NCBI GenBank assembly: GCA_963666285.1
Contig: OY762711.1
Direction: 5' to 3' (one strand)
DNA: 64,000 nt
DNA from: Sedimentisphaerales bacterium
GTDB lineage: Bacteria > Planctomycetota > Phycisphaerae > Sedimentisphaerales > SM23-30
Position numbers and translations under genes: made by a program. Each line of letters starts with the position of its first letter. Within the stretch, counting starts at the first letter, position 1. Shown here one piece after another: positions 48,712-57,376 of this stretch. Below the pieces are notes generated by a model. The model saw only the letters and a program-made list of their open reading frames with translations. It did not search any database and was not told the origin of the DNA.

Positions 48712-49023
48712 TCACTCTCCTGTCATCTTATTCCATAAGCCTCGTTTGGCGGTATTCTCTTTGTTTGTCACGCCATCTTTCCAGGCATCATAATCGCAGC
48801 CGCAATCGATGAAGCTTGCCAGCTCAGCTTTAAGTCTATCTTTTTTGTTTTGTTCGTTAGGGTAAGAGAAGCCGCCATTTACGAATAAGTCGAAGTATAT
48901 ATTAATTCTGCGATCATCTAGTTCTGGGCCGCCAATTAATAAGTTGTTATCGGCTTCTACGGTTTTAACAAAATTTAATTCTTCGCTATATCTTTTTTGG
49001 AACTCGTTCATTTTTATCTCCAT
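48712..49023 (-). CDS. hypothetical phage protein
   Basis: A 103-aa ORF whose stop lies 1 nt from the next start. Confidence 0.45.
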   Translation of the reverse strand: MEIKMNEFQKRYSEELNFVKTVEADNNLLIGGPELDDRRINIYFDLFVNGGFSYPNEQNKKDRLKAELASFIDCGCDYDAWKDGVTNKENTAKRGLWNKMTGE

Positions 49024-49068
49024 TATTTCAAAAAAAAATTATGCCCCGGCTAACCAGGGCTTGAATTG

Positions 49069-49362
49069 TTAGTTAATAATTCTACCTTGCTCACCTGACC
49101 ATGCAAACCTGTCACTGTTGGCTTTTGCAGCTTCAATAACGGCAACAGGAATAGCTTCGACGACGAAGTCAGGACAAACTGCCATATTAACACCGTTGTG
49201 CACCATAGGCCTGTCATTAGCATCAAGCATGACTTTATTGCGTTTACCAGCTTTAAATTCTTCTGCGATTCTGTTCCATGTTCTTGTCTTGGTTGTTTTT
49301 TTCATTTTCTTACCTTTCCGGCCCGTCGGCCATTTTGTTTTTTCTGAGGCCCCTTGCCTCAT
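49069..49362 (-). CDS. hypothetical phage protein (start uncertain; internal MKKTTKT start at 49305 is possible)
   Basis: The ORF comes from the track and has a basic N-terminus. Confidence 0.4.
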   Translation of the reverse strand: MRQGASEKTKWPTGRKGKKMKKTTKTRTWNRIAEEFKAGKRNKVMLDANDRPMVHNGVNMAVCPDFVVEAIPVAVIEAAKANSDRFAWSGEQGRIIN

Positions 49363-49540
49363 CTACCTATAATATACCACAGTGGTTGTGTCAATGCAAC
49401 CATAAAAGCAAAAAATATTTTCCCCATTCGTGCATATTCGTGTTAATTCGTGGTTAAATAAAGACTTACACTGCAAAACTTTTTCGTAAAATTTCGTGGC
49501 TTCTGTTTCTTAACCACGGATGAACGCAGATTCACACTGA

Positions 49541-50347
49541 TCAAAAATCTACAGAAGACTCCAACGCCTTTTTATGATCTAGTTCTACCCAGAGCTTAGC
49601 CCCAGCAAAATCATATCGAAAAAAATAACTTGATCGCTTATATCTTACGCTATTGTGAGGGTAAGACCTATCATTCCATCTTTTTGTGCTTTCGACCCAT
49701 AAATTATATTCATTCGGAAAGATATCCAATGCAACTCTTGCTGCATCTTCCGTTTTACAATTAGCCCACATGAATCCCATGTGATCTAAAACAAGCCCCA
49801 TTCCAGTGCCGTCCATCTTCCAAAAGCTAAAGACTTTGCAGCCATTATCGGCCTCGAAATCGAGCCTAACAGTGCCGATACAATCTTTGTTAACATTATA
49901 ACCCTTTGATTCAACATGCCGCTTGAACTCATTGTAACTCATGTAAACAGGTTCGGTCGATGGCAAAGCTGTCCAGCCAACATCATAAATAGAAATACTG
50001 CCATTATAGATGCTTTGTCGCAATTCATCATAGCTTAATTTCAACAGATCAACCTTACTGGTTGTCGATTCTAGTATCACTCTATTGCTTGATTCAACAA
50101 GTTCCTGGTTTATCTCTTGCAAGGCCTTTACTTGCTTCATGCGGTGTTTATCCCCAAATTGAAACCCGGCAATACTGCCAACCAGAAGAGTAATTATAGC
50201 AATGATAACAACCATACCCGAATTGCTCTTTTTGCCTCCTGGAACAATATTTTCAATCTCGCAAACCGGGCATTTCAGAGACTGCCCAACCAAAGATTCA
50301 GGTGCTTCCATCTGCTCTTTACAGCGTTTACACTTAAAATATACCAT
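49541..50347 (-). CDS. zinc-ribbon, single-pass membrane protein with a C-terminal domain of unknown function
   Basis: MVYFKCKRCKEQMEAPESLVGQSLKCPVCE has two CxxC pairs. A transmembrane segment (VVIIAIITLLVGSIAGF) follows, then a domain of ~180 aa. Confidence 0.55.
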   Translation of the reverse strand: MVYFKCKRCKEQMEAPESLVGQSLKCPVCEIENIVPGGKKSNSGMVVIIAIITLLVGSIAGFQFGDKHRMKQVKALQEINQELVESSNRVILESTTSKVDLLKLSYDELRQSIYNGSISIYDVGWTALPSTEPVYMSYNEFKRHVESKGYNVNKDCIGTVRLDFEADNGCKVFSFWKMDGTGMGLVLDHMGFMWANCKTEDAARVALDIFPNEYNLWVESTKRWNDRSYPHNSVRYKRSSYFFRYDFAGAKLWVELDHKKALESSVDF

Positions 50348-50663
50348 AACTCACACCTCATTTTCTGTTAAAATCTATATAATTTAATAACTCAGAAATA
50401 TTTTTTAGAAATTTTCTGCCTTATTATATATCGGCAGTATCTTTATCAATACTGATATCAAAATTATTATCAGACCTGCAAGCACTCACATAATAAATTG
50501 TAAAATATATACTTGTGTTGCATTAAAAAAACATTAAAGTTTTTATATCTGGACTAAAATGATTCACTCATGAAAAGTTGGGGGTTTGCTATGGAAAAAA
50601 TTGAAACTAATACAGACGTAAAAAAACATAAACATTACGATCTAGTAAAAGAGCTAATCAAAC

Positions 50664-50912
50664 CTATAGCTCTCCAGATTCTTTTAGATCTAAAATCACC
50701 TGCCGTACTAAAGGCACAAGAGAATTCGAGTCATCAAAACCGCCAGCCATAAGTGCTGTCTGAACCTCAGCAGGTAATTTAATCCAAAACTTTGCAGCTC
50801 CCTCAACAGCTCTTTTTTTTATATAGCCACGTTCTTCAACCTGGAGATCAAACGCTTTTATCACCTCAACGTCAATATCTCCACCAAAGTTTTTCTTTTT
50901 TTTTCCTGTCAT
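50664..50912 (-). CDS. ribbon-helix-helix-like DNA-binding protein (prophage repressor candidate)
   Basis: A basic N-terminus is followed by a beta-strand/two-helix pattern (GGDIDVEVIKAFDLQVEERGYIKKRAVEGAAKFWIKL). The gene is divergent from the early operon. Confidence 0.4.
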   Translation of the reverse strand: MTGKKKKNFGGDIDVEVIKAFDLQVEERGYIKKRAVEGAAKFWIKLPAEVQTALMAGGFDDSNSLVPLVRQVILDLKESGEL

Positions 50913-51069
50913 ATCTTAATTATTCTCAAGTTCTTATGAGTTTTCAACGCATTTATCCTTGAGTTTTCTTGATTTTTCTTGATGTTTACGTTTGACACAT
51001 TCCGATAAGGGTGTTAATATTCACTCAAGATTACTCAAGATTTCTTGATAATTAAATATAGAGATCAAT
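50913..51069. promoter_or_regulatory. divergent switch region with phased TCTTGA/TCAAGA operator-like repeats
   Basis: TCCTTGAG, TTCTTGAT and TTCTTGAT start at 50956, 50966 and 50976 (10-bp phase). ACTCAAGA x2 is at 51023-30 and 51033-40, followed by an inverted TTTCTTGAT at 51041-49. Confidence 0.6.
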
Positions 51070-51267
51070 ATGGCAAGAGCAAAAACAGTAAAAGCTATCA
51101 CATTATCAAGCAACGTCTATCCAGAATTGATAGAACTGGCTAACGAAGCTGCCAGGGCTGAAGAGCGTTCCGTTCACGATCTTGCAAATCGTATTCTCAC
51201 GGCAGAATTTCAGAATATTATCAACGCCCATCGTCAATCTATCACTAACAAGAAATCAGCGAGTTAA
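51070..51267 (+). CDS. ribbon-helix-helix (CopG/Arc-like) protein
   Basis: KAITLSSNVYPELIELANEAARAEERSVHDLANRIL shows the RHH strand-helix-helix pattern. Confidence 0.5.
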   Translation: MARAKTVKAITLSSNVYPELIELANEAARAEERSVHDLANRILTAEFQNIINAHRQSITNKKSAS

Positions 51268-51270
51268 TTT

Positions 51271-51450
51271 ATGTCAGACGAATATGTAAAATCCGTCAGC
51301 TTCAACCACGATACAGACCCCGGCATCATCGCCCTGGCCAACGAAGGTGCCAGGTCCGCCGGTTGCAGTGTCGCTGAATTCGTCCGCCGCGTCCTGACAG
51401 CCGAGCTGCCTCGCTACGCACCAAATAGTAATATCAACTCAGTCCTATAG
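51271..51450 (+). CDS. second ribbon-helix-helix paralogue (59 aa, below the ORF-track cutoff)
   Basis: My own translation is MSDEYVKSVSFNHDTDPGIIALANEGARSAGCSVAEFVRRVLTAELPRYAPNSNINSVL. It has the same pattern as the preceding gene. Confidence 0.45.
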   Translation: MSDEYVKSVSFNHDTDPGIIALANEGARSAGCSVAEFVRRVLTAELPRYAPNSNINSVL

Positions 51451-51956
51451 CGGCTGAGTAAAAAACACCAGGCAGCGTCACCTGCCTGGCATAAATATAA
51501 CCGGGCACGGATAGCCCGCAAAAATAATTACGGAAGGACTTGTTATGACCGCAAAAAACTTAAAACGCATCGGCATCGCCGAAACCATAACTCTTCACTC
51601 TTCACTCTTAGTTCTTCACCCAGCAAGGTTTCATCCTTCATAATTCATAATTCATTCGAATCTGCCTCCCCCGGTTCTTGCCGGAACGATTTAAAGCAGG
51701 CAGGGCAACTGGCGAGCTTGCCACATCCGTTCGCCACATATAGTAACTAACTTTGACAAGTAAATATAGACAGGTTCCAGTAGCCAGGTTTCAGGTTCCA
51801 GTGAAGACATAAAATCAGCTTCGCCGAAGGCGAGACCTTCCCTAACACCTAATACCCAATACCTAACACCTGTTAAATCGACCTCCTTTTTCAAAGCGGC
51901 GAGCTCAACGCACTCGCCGGTAAACGTGGGGCCGGGGCGGCAGGGACGCTGCTCAA

Positions 51957-52412
51957 ATGGTTAAGGACGACCGCCCGGCCAATTTTATTATCCTGGCAGC
52001 TGACAGCTCATCGCTCGAAGCTAATCAAAACTTAAAACAGATTTTCAAAGAACAATACAACTATAGCACCGGCAGTTTATGCCGGGTAGATAAAAATAGA
52101 ATGAATTTTATACCGTACATGATAATCACAATTATTACAACAGACCAAATCGGAGCGGTAGCCTTCGAGCTAGTCGAAAGACAGACCATGTCGGCTGCAG
52201 ATGCTATACAGCAAATCCAGGCAGTCGCCCTCGTAGGCAGCTCCGATTCTTTAGATCTCGACTCAATCGAGGCGATGTTGGCAGAGACTTACTCCGGTCA
52301 ACGGGCAAACAACGATCACTCCTCAGGCCAACCGCCTCACTTTGTTAATAACGTGACAATGCACACATTTTTGGATATCACAACTCAATGGCTCAAGCTC
52401 GCTCCGGATTAG
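51957..52412 (+). CDS. hypothetical phage early protein
   Basis: A 151-aa ORF from the track, with no recognised motif. Confidence 0.4.
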   Translation: MVKDDRPANFIILAADSSSLEANQNLKQIFKEQYNYSTGSLCRVDKNRMNFIPYMIITIITTDQIGAVAFELVERQTMSAADAIQQIQAVALVGSSDSLDLDSIEAMLAETYSGQRANNDHSSGQPPHFVNNVTMHTFLDITTQWLKLAPD

Positions 52413-52600
52413 CTGCCTGCCAGTAACCTTATGACGATCAAATTAAGATGAGCGATAGCGACAACCGGCCCTTATGCCTTATCCCTTATCCCTCATCCCT
52501 GAATTCATTAACCATGTTACTATTGTTAAACATTAAGTATAAGCCGCTGTCGGCGGCGTAGCCGACAGCTTTTTTCAAAAACACTAAACCACAGATAAAC

Positions 52601-52831
52601 ATGCCAGAAATAAAAAATGGACAACCGATCAGAATCGACGATCTATCAGAAGTATTATCTGTATATCTTGCGATCAACGTAGGTTTAACAAGCAGAGGCG
52701 AACCAATGTGTAACACTTGCGGAGCAATAGCCAAAAGAAAAAAAGGCAATCATTTCAAAGATGTCTCACATGCCAAAGGTTGTTCCGCTATCAAGGCGGT
52801 AGAAATCGCAAAGATCCTTGACGAATTATAA
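52601..52831 (+). CDS. hypothetical small Cys/His-containing protein
   Basis: A 76-aa ORF containing CNTCG...H...H..C, a possible zinc site. Confidence 0.4.
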   Translation: MPEIKNGQPIRIDDLSEVLSVYLAINVGLTSRGEPMCNTCGAIAKRKKGNHFKDVSHAKGCSAIKAVEIAKILDEL

Positions 52832-52837
52832 ATTAAT

Positions 52838-52900
52838 AATCCGTGTTAATCCGTGTGAACCCTGCACCGGATGGTGCAAGGGGATTCGTGGTCCAAAAAA
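52838..52900 (+). repeat. 60-nt TCCGTG-hairpin-TTCGTGGT element, copy 2
   Basis: The sequence is AATCCGTGTTAATCCGTGTGAACCCTGCACCGGATGGTGCAAGGGGATTCGTGGTCCAAAAAAAC. Confidence 0.85.
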
Positions 52901-52932
52901 ACAATCATCAAAGAACAGGAAACTTAAAACAA

Positions 52933-53205
52933 ATGTTACACGCAAGCGACAAATATAATGGCCGCATTATCGACAAGGAAGGATTGATCCCGGCTGATGA
53001 ACCGGTGTTCTTGTTACGAGCGCAGGACCCATTATCGATCGATCTACTCGAAGACTATATCGAGAAACTGGAACAGGAACTGGACGAGCGGGTACCTAAC
53101 ATTACAGATGACAACGTACAGAAGCTGGACGATCTCAGACCTCACCTTGACCGTTTTCGAGATTGGCAAGCATTGCACCCTGATAAGGTAAAACTTCCAG
53201 ACTAA
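52933..53205 (+). CDS. hypothetical phage early protein
   Basis: I prefer ATG 52933 (MLHASDKYNG...). The track's N-terminal extension is a translation of the repeat element. Confidence 0.45.
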   Translation: MLHASDKYNGRIIDKEGLIPADEPVFLLRAQDPLSIDLLEDYIEKLEQELDERVPNITDDNVQKLDDLRPHLDRFRDWQALHPDKVKLPD

Positions 53206-53209
53206 TATT

Positions 53210-53473
53210 ATGAGCAAATTCAACAAAATGAAATCAGATTTTCAAAACTGGATGGACAACAAACTAGAATCCAGGCAGCTGAAAAACCTTAACCGGCATA
53301 CTTCTATCTGCCTCGACCTGGAACGCAAGGAACCGTTCAAGATCAAACAGATAAAGCCTGATTCGATTTGCAGCTCTGAAACCAGTATCAGTTTCAACGA
53401 AGCAACCGCTAAACAGCTTTACGATTTCCTGGAAGAGCTATTCAGAGAAGAGGAGGTCAGCAATGGCAAATGA
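53210..53473 (+). CDS. hypothetical phage early protein
   Basis: An 87-aa ORF from the track. Confidence 0.4.
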   Translation: MSKFNKMKSDFQNWMDNKLESRQLKNLNRHTSICLDLERKEPFKIKQIKPDSICSSETSISFNEATAKQLYDFLEELFREEEVSNGK

Positions 53474-53687
53474 TATTATTTCAGATGACGCTTGGCTATA
53501 TTTTATCGATAGATGGTTGCATCCGAGTAGGCCAACGACTGCCCTGGTGTACAGAATGATGATCCTTGAAAATAAAACATATAAACATGATTGGAAAATC
53601 CCATCATTGTCAACCATGTACAGGTTAATCGAAAATCGTATTTCAAAAAAAACTCAGAAATATTTCCGTAAAGGAATTTATTCGTGA
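53463..53687 (+). CDS. hypothetical phage early protein
   Basis: A 74-aa ORF with an 11-nt overlap with the previous gene. Confidence 0.4.
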   Translation: MANDIISDDAWLYFIDRWLHPSRPTTALVYRMMILENKTYKHDWKIPSLSTMYRLIENRISKKTQKYFRKGIYS

Positions 53688-53742
53688 CCATTCGCGTGAA
53701 CCCTGCACCGGATGGTGCAAGAGAATTCGTGGTCCAAAAAAA
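53680..53742 (+). repeat. 60-nt TTCGTG-hairpin-TTCGTGGT element, copy 3
   Basis: The sequence is ATTCGTGACCATTCGCGTGAACCCTGCACCGGATGGTGCAAGAGAATTCGTGGTCCAAAAAAAC. The following 35 nt up to the ATG are also conserved with copy 2. Confidence 0.85.
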
Positions 53743-53769
53743 CAATCATTAAAGAACAGGAAACTCAAA

Positions 53770-53961
53770 ATGAAAGGACTATTAACAATAACAATATGTA
53801 TCGCACTCGCCTGGCTGCTGGCAGCTATCGGGGTATGGCTGAACATATGTAAAAGAGACTTTACCGTAACCGGCATGATAGTAATCTTATGCCTCATCGG
53901 CATCGCCTGGGACCTGACATGCAGCAAGAGCAGCGACAACCAAGAGACTACTGGCCGATAA
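53770..53961 (+). CDS. small two-TM membrane protein
   Basis: The sequence is MKGLLTITICIALAWLLAAIGVWLN...GMIVILCLIGIAW. It has the same leader as the gene at 52933. Confidence 0.45.
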   Translation: MKGLLTITICIALAWLLAAIGVWLNICKRDFTVTGMIVILCLIGIAWDLTCSKSSDNQETTGR

Positions 53962-54167
53962 TCAACCGGCTCTACGCTGCCGGTAAGCAACTGACCTGGC
54001 CGGAGCAATGCTTCATCAGCCAGTGCAATATAGCCCGCCAGACATACGGTCATGCCATGCAGCTCAGCGATAAGCAGTTTGACTGGCTCGACAGATTAAA
54101 AGAAAAATACGAACACTTAATAAAGGATCATCATGATAAACCTGGAACTAACAAACGATCAGTTTAA
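53919..54167 (+). CDS. hypothetical protein (start uncertain)
   Basis: The track ORF is 53889-54167 and overlaps the preceding ORF. No motif was recognised. Confidence 0.3.
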   Translation: MQQEQRQPRDYWPIINRLYAAGKQLTWPEQCFISQCNIARQTYGHAMQLSDKQFDWLDRLKEKYEHLIKDHHDKPGTNKRSV

Positions 54168-54309
54168 CACAATCATGCTCGCCTTAAAGAGCGAGCTGAA
54201 TCAGCACATGCGGTCAGGCAATATGCCGAAATCCGAGCAGGTTGTAGTAGATGTAATAGACACAATCGAGCAACAGGTAAAAGCTCAGGTAGAAGCAGCC
54301 GCAGCTTAA
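54133..54309 (+). CDS. possible 58-aa protein (below the ORF-track cutoff)
   Basis: My own translation is MINLELTNDQFNTIMLALKSELNQHMRSGNMPKSEQVVVDVIDTIEQQVKAQVEAAAA. Confidence 0.3.
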   Translation: MINLELTNDQFNTIMLALKSELNQHMRSGNMPKSEQVVVDVIDTIEQQVKAQVEAAAA

Positions 54310-54379
54310 TTCGTGACCATTCGTGGTCAAAAATATTCCCAGCAAGGACGCTGGCATAACTAATAGGAACGGACGCCTT

Positions 54380-54868
54380 ATGTTAGATAAGGACACAATT
54401 GAAGTGAGTGACGATCATCTACTACTGAGCAATAAGCTGGAAGAACATAATATCACAGTCCAGCAGCTTTCAAACATGACAGGGCGTGCCTGCTCAACCT
54501 TATATAGATATTTGATGGGCGGGCAAACTATTCCGTCAATCGTCTGGCGTGTTATATACCAGAAAACCAAAGACCAGGAGATCTTAAAACTTATCACTGG
54601 CGATCTGCCATTAGTAATAGCTGACATGTCGGAGATCCTGGACCCGAATTTCGGTATCCCGGAGCTCCGCAAGATCATGGAGATGCGACAGGCCCAGCTC
54701 GACAGTGAACAGAACATCGTTAACATTCTAGCCGATGGTAAGATAGACGCCAGCGACCGGAAAGAGATCGAGGAATATCGCAAAAACATCAAACAGCAGC
54801 TCCGCACCGAATACCAGATATATCTAACCATCGACCGTTTATACGAAAAGGCTATAAGAAATGCTTGA
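54380..54868 (+). CDS. helix-turn-helix DNA-binding protein upstream of the transposase (Ner/Cro-position)
   Basis: ITVQQLSNMTGRACSTLYRYLMGGQTIP is an HTH. I prefer ATG 54380. The track extension covers TTCGTG repeats. Confidence 0.5.
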   Translation: MLDKDTIEVSDDHLLLSNKLEEHNITVQQLSNMTGRACSTLYRYLMGGQTIPSIVWRVIYQKTKDQEILKLITGDLPLVIADMSEILDPNFGIPELRKIMEMRQAQLDSEQNIVNILADGKIDASDRKEIEEYRKNIKQQLRTEYQIYLTIDRLYEKAIRNA

Positions 54869-55283
54869 ACAATATAATGACATTAACATACCTTGTCCAG
54901 TGGAAGATTGCGACGGGCACCTGACAGAGCCGCTCATCTGGAACAATGAAATAATTACAGGCACCGCCCCAACCCGCCGGGTTTTCGGCTCTTGTAATTG
55001 TTGCGGCTGCGACATCAACCTGGAGCAATATCAGGCCCACCACCGCTGGTTCATCAGCCGCTATTATATCAGCGGCGAGATGGACGGCACCGGTCAGATG
55101 CCAAGCGACACTACCTGGCATGATATTCAGCCGGTCCCGAAGACCGCTGTGCTGATCCCGGTCGAAGCTTTCGAGCGGGTAGAACGTCAGCGTGAGCTTA
55201 CCAAAGACCAGATCACAAATCTTTTGGACACCTTTAAACAGACATTAACAGACATTCAAAGACTAATCAAAAATAATTTATAA
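54861..55283 (+). CDS. Cys-rich hypothetical protein
   Basis: CPVEDCDGH...CNCCGC suggests possible zinc binding, followed by a C-terminal coiled coil. Confidence 0.4.
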   Translation: MLEQYNDINIPCPVEDCDGHLTEPLIWNNEIITGTAPTRRVFGSCNCCGCDINLEQYQAHHRWFISRYYISGEMDGTGQMPSDTTWHDIQPVPKTAVLIPVEAFERVERQRELTKDQITNLLDTFKQTLTDIQRLIKNNL

Positions 55284-55381
55284 CGGAGATAAAATGAGCC
55301 ATCAGCGAAATATCAAATCAGCCCCGCCCCAGGCGGCACCTTCCCTGATGCCTTATCCCTTATCCCTTATCCCTGTATAAC

Positions 55382-57376
55382 ATGAAATACTTAACCGTAA
55401 AACAAGCAGCCGAAAAGCTGAAATTGAACGAAGGCCACATACGCAGGCTATGTGCGTCCGGCGACCTCCTGGGAGCAGCACGCAAGGGTAAAAGCTGGCA
55501 GATCCCGGTATCTGCTCATCCGGATCTGCGCGGAGCCCTGGCACCGGCAGTCAAAGACGATCCAGAAGAACTGCTCAAGGTACCGCTGCCGAAACGTCAG
55601 CAGGCAACAGAGCGGCTCGGCCTGTTAAAACAGATGGAGAAATATATCGGCGGCTATCTAAACCACGGCGGCAACCGTACAGACGCTATCGCCTGTTTCG
55701 CTGACATGCAAGGCTGCTCGGTCCGGTCGCTTACCAGATGGTCCAAGCGATATCGAGAGCAGGGCATACTTGGCCTTGTTGATGCCAGGGGCGGCAGAAC
55801 CGACGACGATTCAATTAGTCCGGAAGCCTGGGATATATTCAAGGACATGTGGCTCGACCAGCGTCGACTGAGCGTACCGACCTGCTATAAGAATTTGGTA
55901 TATCTTAACCACTCGCAGCAGCAAAACTGGCAGCTCCCATCCGAGCGAAACATGTATCGTCTCATCCATGAGCGGATCCCGATGCCGGCCCAGGTATTGC
56001 ATCGGGAGGGCATGGAAGCCTACAACGCCAAGTGTGCCCCTTACATAATAACAGACAGAGAGGCGATCGAACCGGGCAGCGTCTGGATCGGCGACCATCA
56101 TCAATGTAACTGCTGGGTGCGAAATCAGGGCCGATGGATAAGGCCATGGCTAACAGCTTGGGAAGATATGCGTAGCCGTGCATTGGTCGGCTATTGCGTT
56201 ACAGCCAGCCCTAACCAATCAACCATCATGCTCGCCTTCAGGAAAGGCTGCCAGGACTACGGCCCGCCCGAATCGGTAAAGATCGATAACGGTAAAGATT
56301 ACGATTCCCAGATGTGGACCGGCACCACAAAAAAACAACGCCAGAAAAAACGCGGCAAGGTTTTGGACGACCAGCAATGCCAGGCGATCATCGGTTTGTA
56401 CGCTATGATGAATATCGACGTAAGCTTCTCGATTCCTTACCACCCTCAGAGCAAGGCAATCGAGCGGTTCTTCGACAGCTTCGACCGTCAGCTCATCAAG
56501 TCATTTGACACTTATTGCGGCAAAGGCACCCACGCCAAACCGGACACTCTCAACGACTACCTGAAAACGGACAAGGCCATCGCCGCCGCCGACGATCTCG
56601 AGAGCTTCGCCGCCAAGGTCGACCGATATCTAAAGGTATATAACTCTCAGCCGCACTCCGCGAACAAAGGCCAAACCCCGGCATCTGTCATGTCAACCCG
56701 TCAGAGCCGCCGTGTTATAGCCGACGGAACAATGGACCTTCTCTTACAGGTCTGGTCTGGCGAACTGACAATTGGCAAAAACGGCGTCAAGTTCGAAGGC
56801 AACTGGTACGGCCAGTTCAACCCTGAACTATTAAGACGTCAAGGCCAGAAAGTTCGGGTAAGCTACGATCCAGACGACATCACAGAGGTCCGGGTCTTCA
56901 CCAAGGATTTCGAATTTATCACAACCGCAACCCAGCACGAACTGGAGCAGTATGGCAAAGTACACCAGTCAAGCTTGCGAGAAGCTATGAAGCAGAAACG
57001 CAAAGCTGCTAAGGATATGAAGTCATATCGCAAGACAACCAGGATCGCCAACATGCGGCTATCAGATCTGACAATCGAAGCAGCAGAGCACGCCGCTCAA
57101 CTAACAGAGCAAGATCAGCAGCAGCGAACACCACAGCCGCCAACTATCAAGCCGGTCCAGACCCCGCTCGACAACGCGGTAACAGATGTTAAACGTAAAG
57201 AACAACAACAGCAGCTACGGAAAGCTGTCGGAGCAGACACCGTCTCGGCTATCGATCTGGATTTAGATAGCCTGACCCAGCCGGTCAGCTCCTCGGAAAA
57301 CTCGTTTAGCTTTAACCTATCGGCTTTAGAGCCGAACGAAGAGCCGACCATAAGGCTTTTCGAAAATGGACAATAA
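55382..57376 (+). CDS. Mu A-like DDE transposase
   Basis: An N-terminal MerR/excisionase-type HTH is present (LTVKQAAEKLKLNEGHIRRLCASG). The rve-type DDE core is WIGDHHQCN (D), KIDNGKDY (D), HPQSKAIERFF (E). A C-terminal Mu-transposase-like beta-barrel region follows. Confidence 0.85.
   Translation: MKYLTVKQAAEKLKLNEGHIRRLCASGDLLGAARKGKSWQIPVSAHPDLRGALAPAVKDDPEELLKVPLPKRQQATERLGLLKQMEKYIGGYLNHGGNRTDAIACFADMQGCSVRSLTRWSKRYREQGILGLVDARGGRTDDDSISPEAWDIFKDMWLDQRRLSVPTCYKNLVYLNHSQQQNWQLPSERNMYRLIHERIPMPAQVLHREGMEAYNAKCAPYIITDREAIEPGSVWIGDHHQCNCWVRNQGRWIRPWLTAWEDMRSRALVGYCVTASPNQSTIMLAFRKGCQDYGPPESVKIDNGKDYDSQMWTGTTKKQRQKKRGKVLDDQQCQAIIGLYAMMNIDVSFSIPYHPQSKAIERFFDSFDRQLIKSFDTYCGKGTHAKPDTLNDYLKTDKAIAAADDLESFAAKVDRYLKVYNSQPHSANKGQTPASVMSTRQSRRVIADGTMDLLLQVWSGELTIGKNGVKFEGNWYGQFNPELLRRQGQKVRVSYDPDDITEVRVFTKDFEFITTATQHELEQYGKVHQSSLREAMKQKRKAAKDMKSYRKTTRIANMRLSDLTIEAAEHAAQLTEQDQQQRTPQPPTIKPVQTPLDNAVTDVKRKEQQQQLRKAVGADTVSAIDLDLDSLTQPVSSSENSFSFNLSALEPNEEPTIRLFENGQ

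Noticed and set aside
50570-50752. 60-aa plus-strand ORF
   Set aside because: It overlaps the 3' half of the better-supported RHH-like gene on the opposite strand and begins in AT-rich spacer.
51691-51894. 67-aa minus-strand ORF inside the prophage non-coding island
   Set aside because: It runs across the CCTAACA heptamer array and hairpins, and has no start context.
52843-52932. N-terminal extensions 'M[LP]IRVNPA..GARGFVV' of ORFs 52843-53205 and 47045-47278
   Set aside because: The shared peptide is simply the translation of the repeated 60-nt TTCGTG-hairpin element. The 47045 ORF continues antisense into a real gene. The 52843 ORF has a better internal ATG at 52933, preceded by a leader conserved with the gene at 53770.
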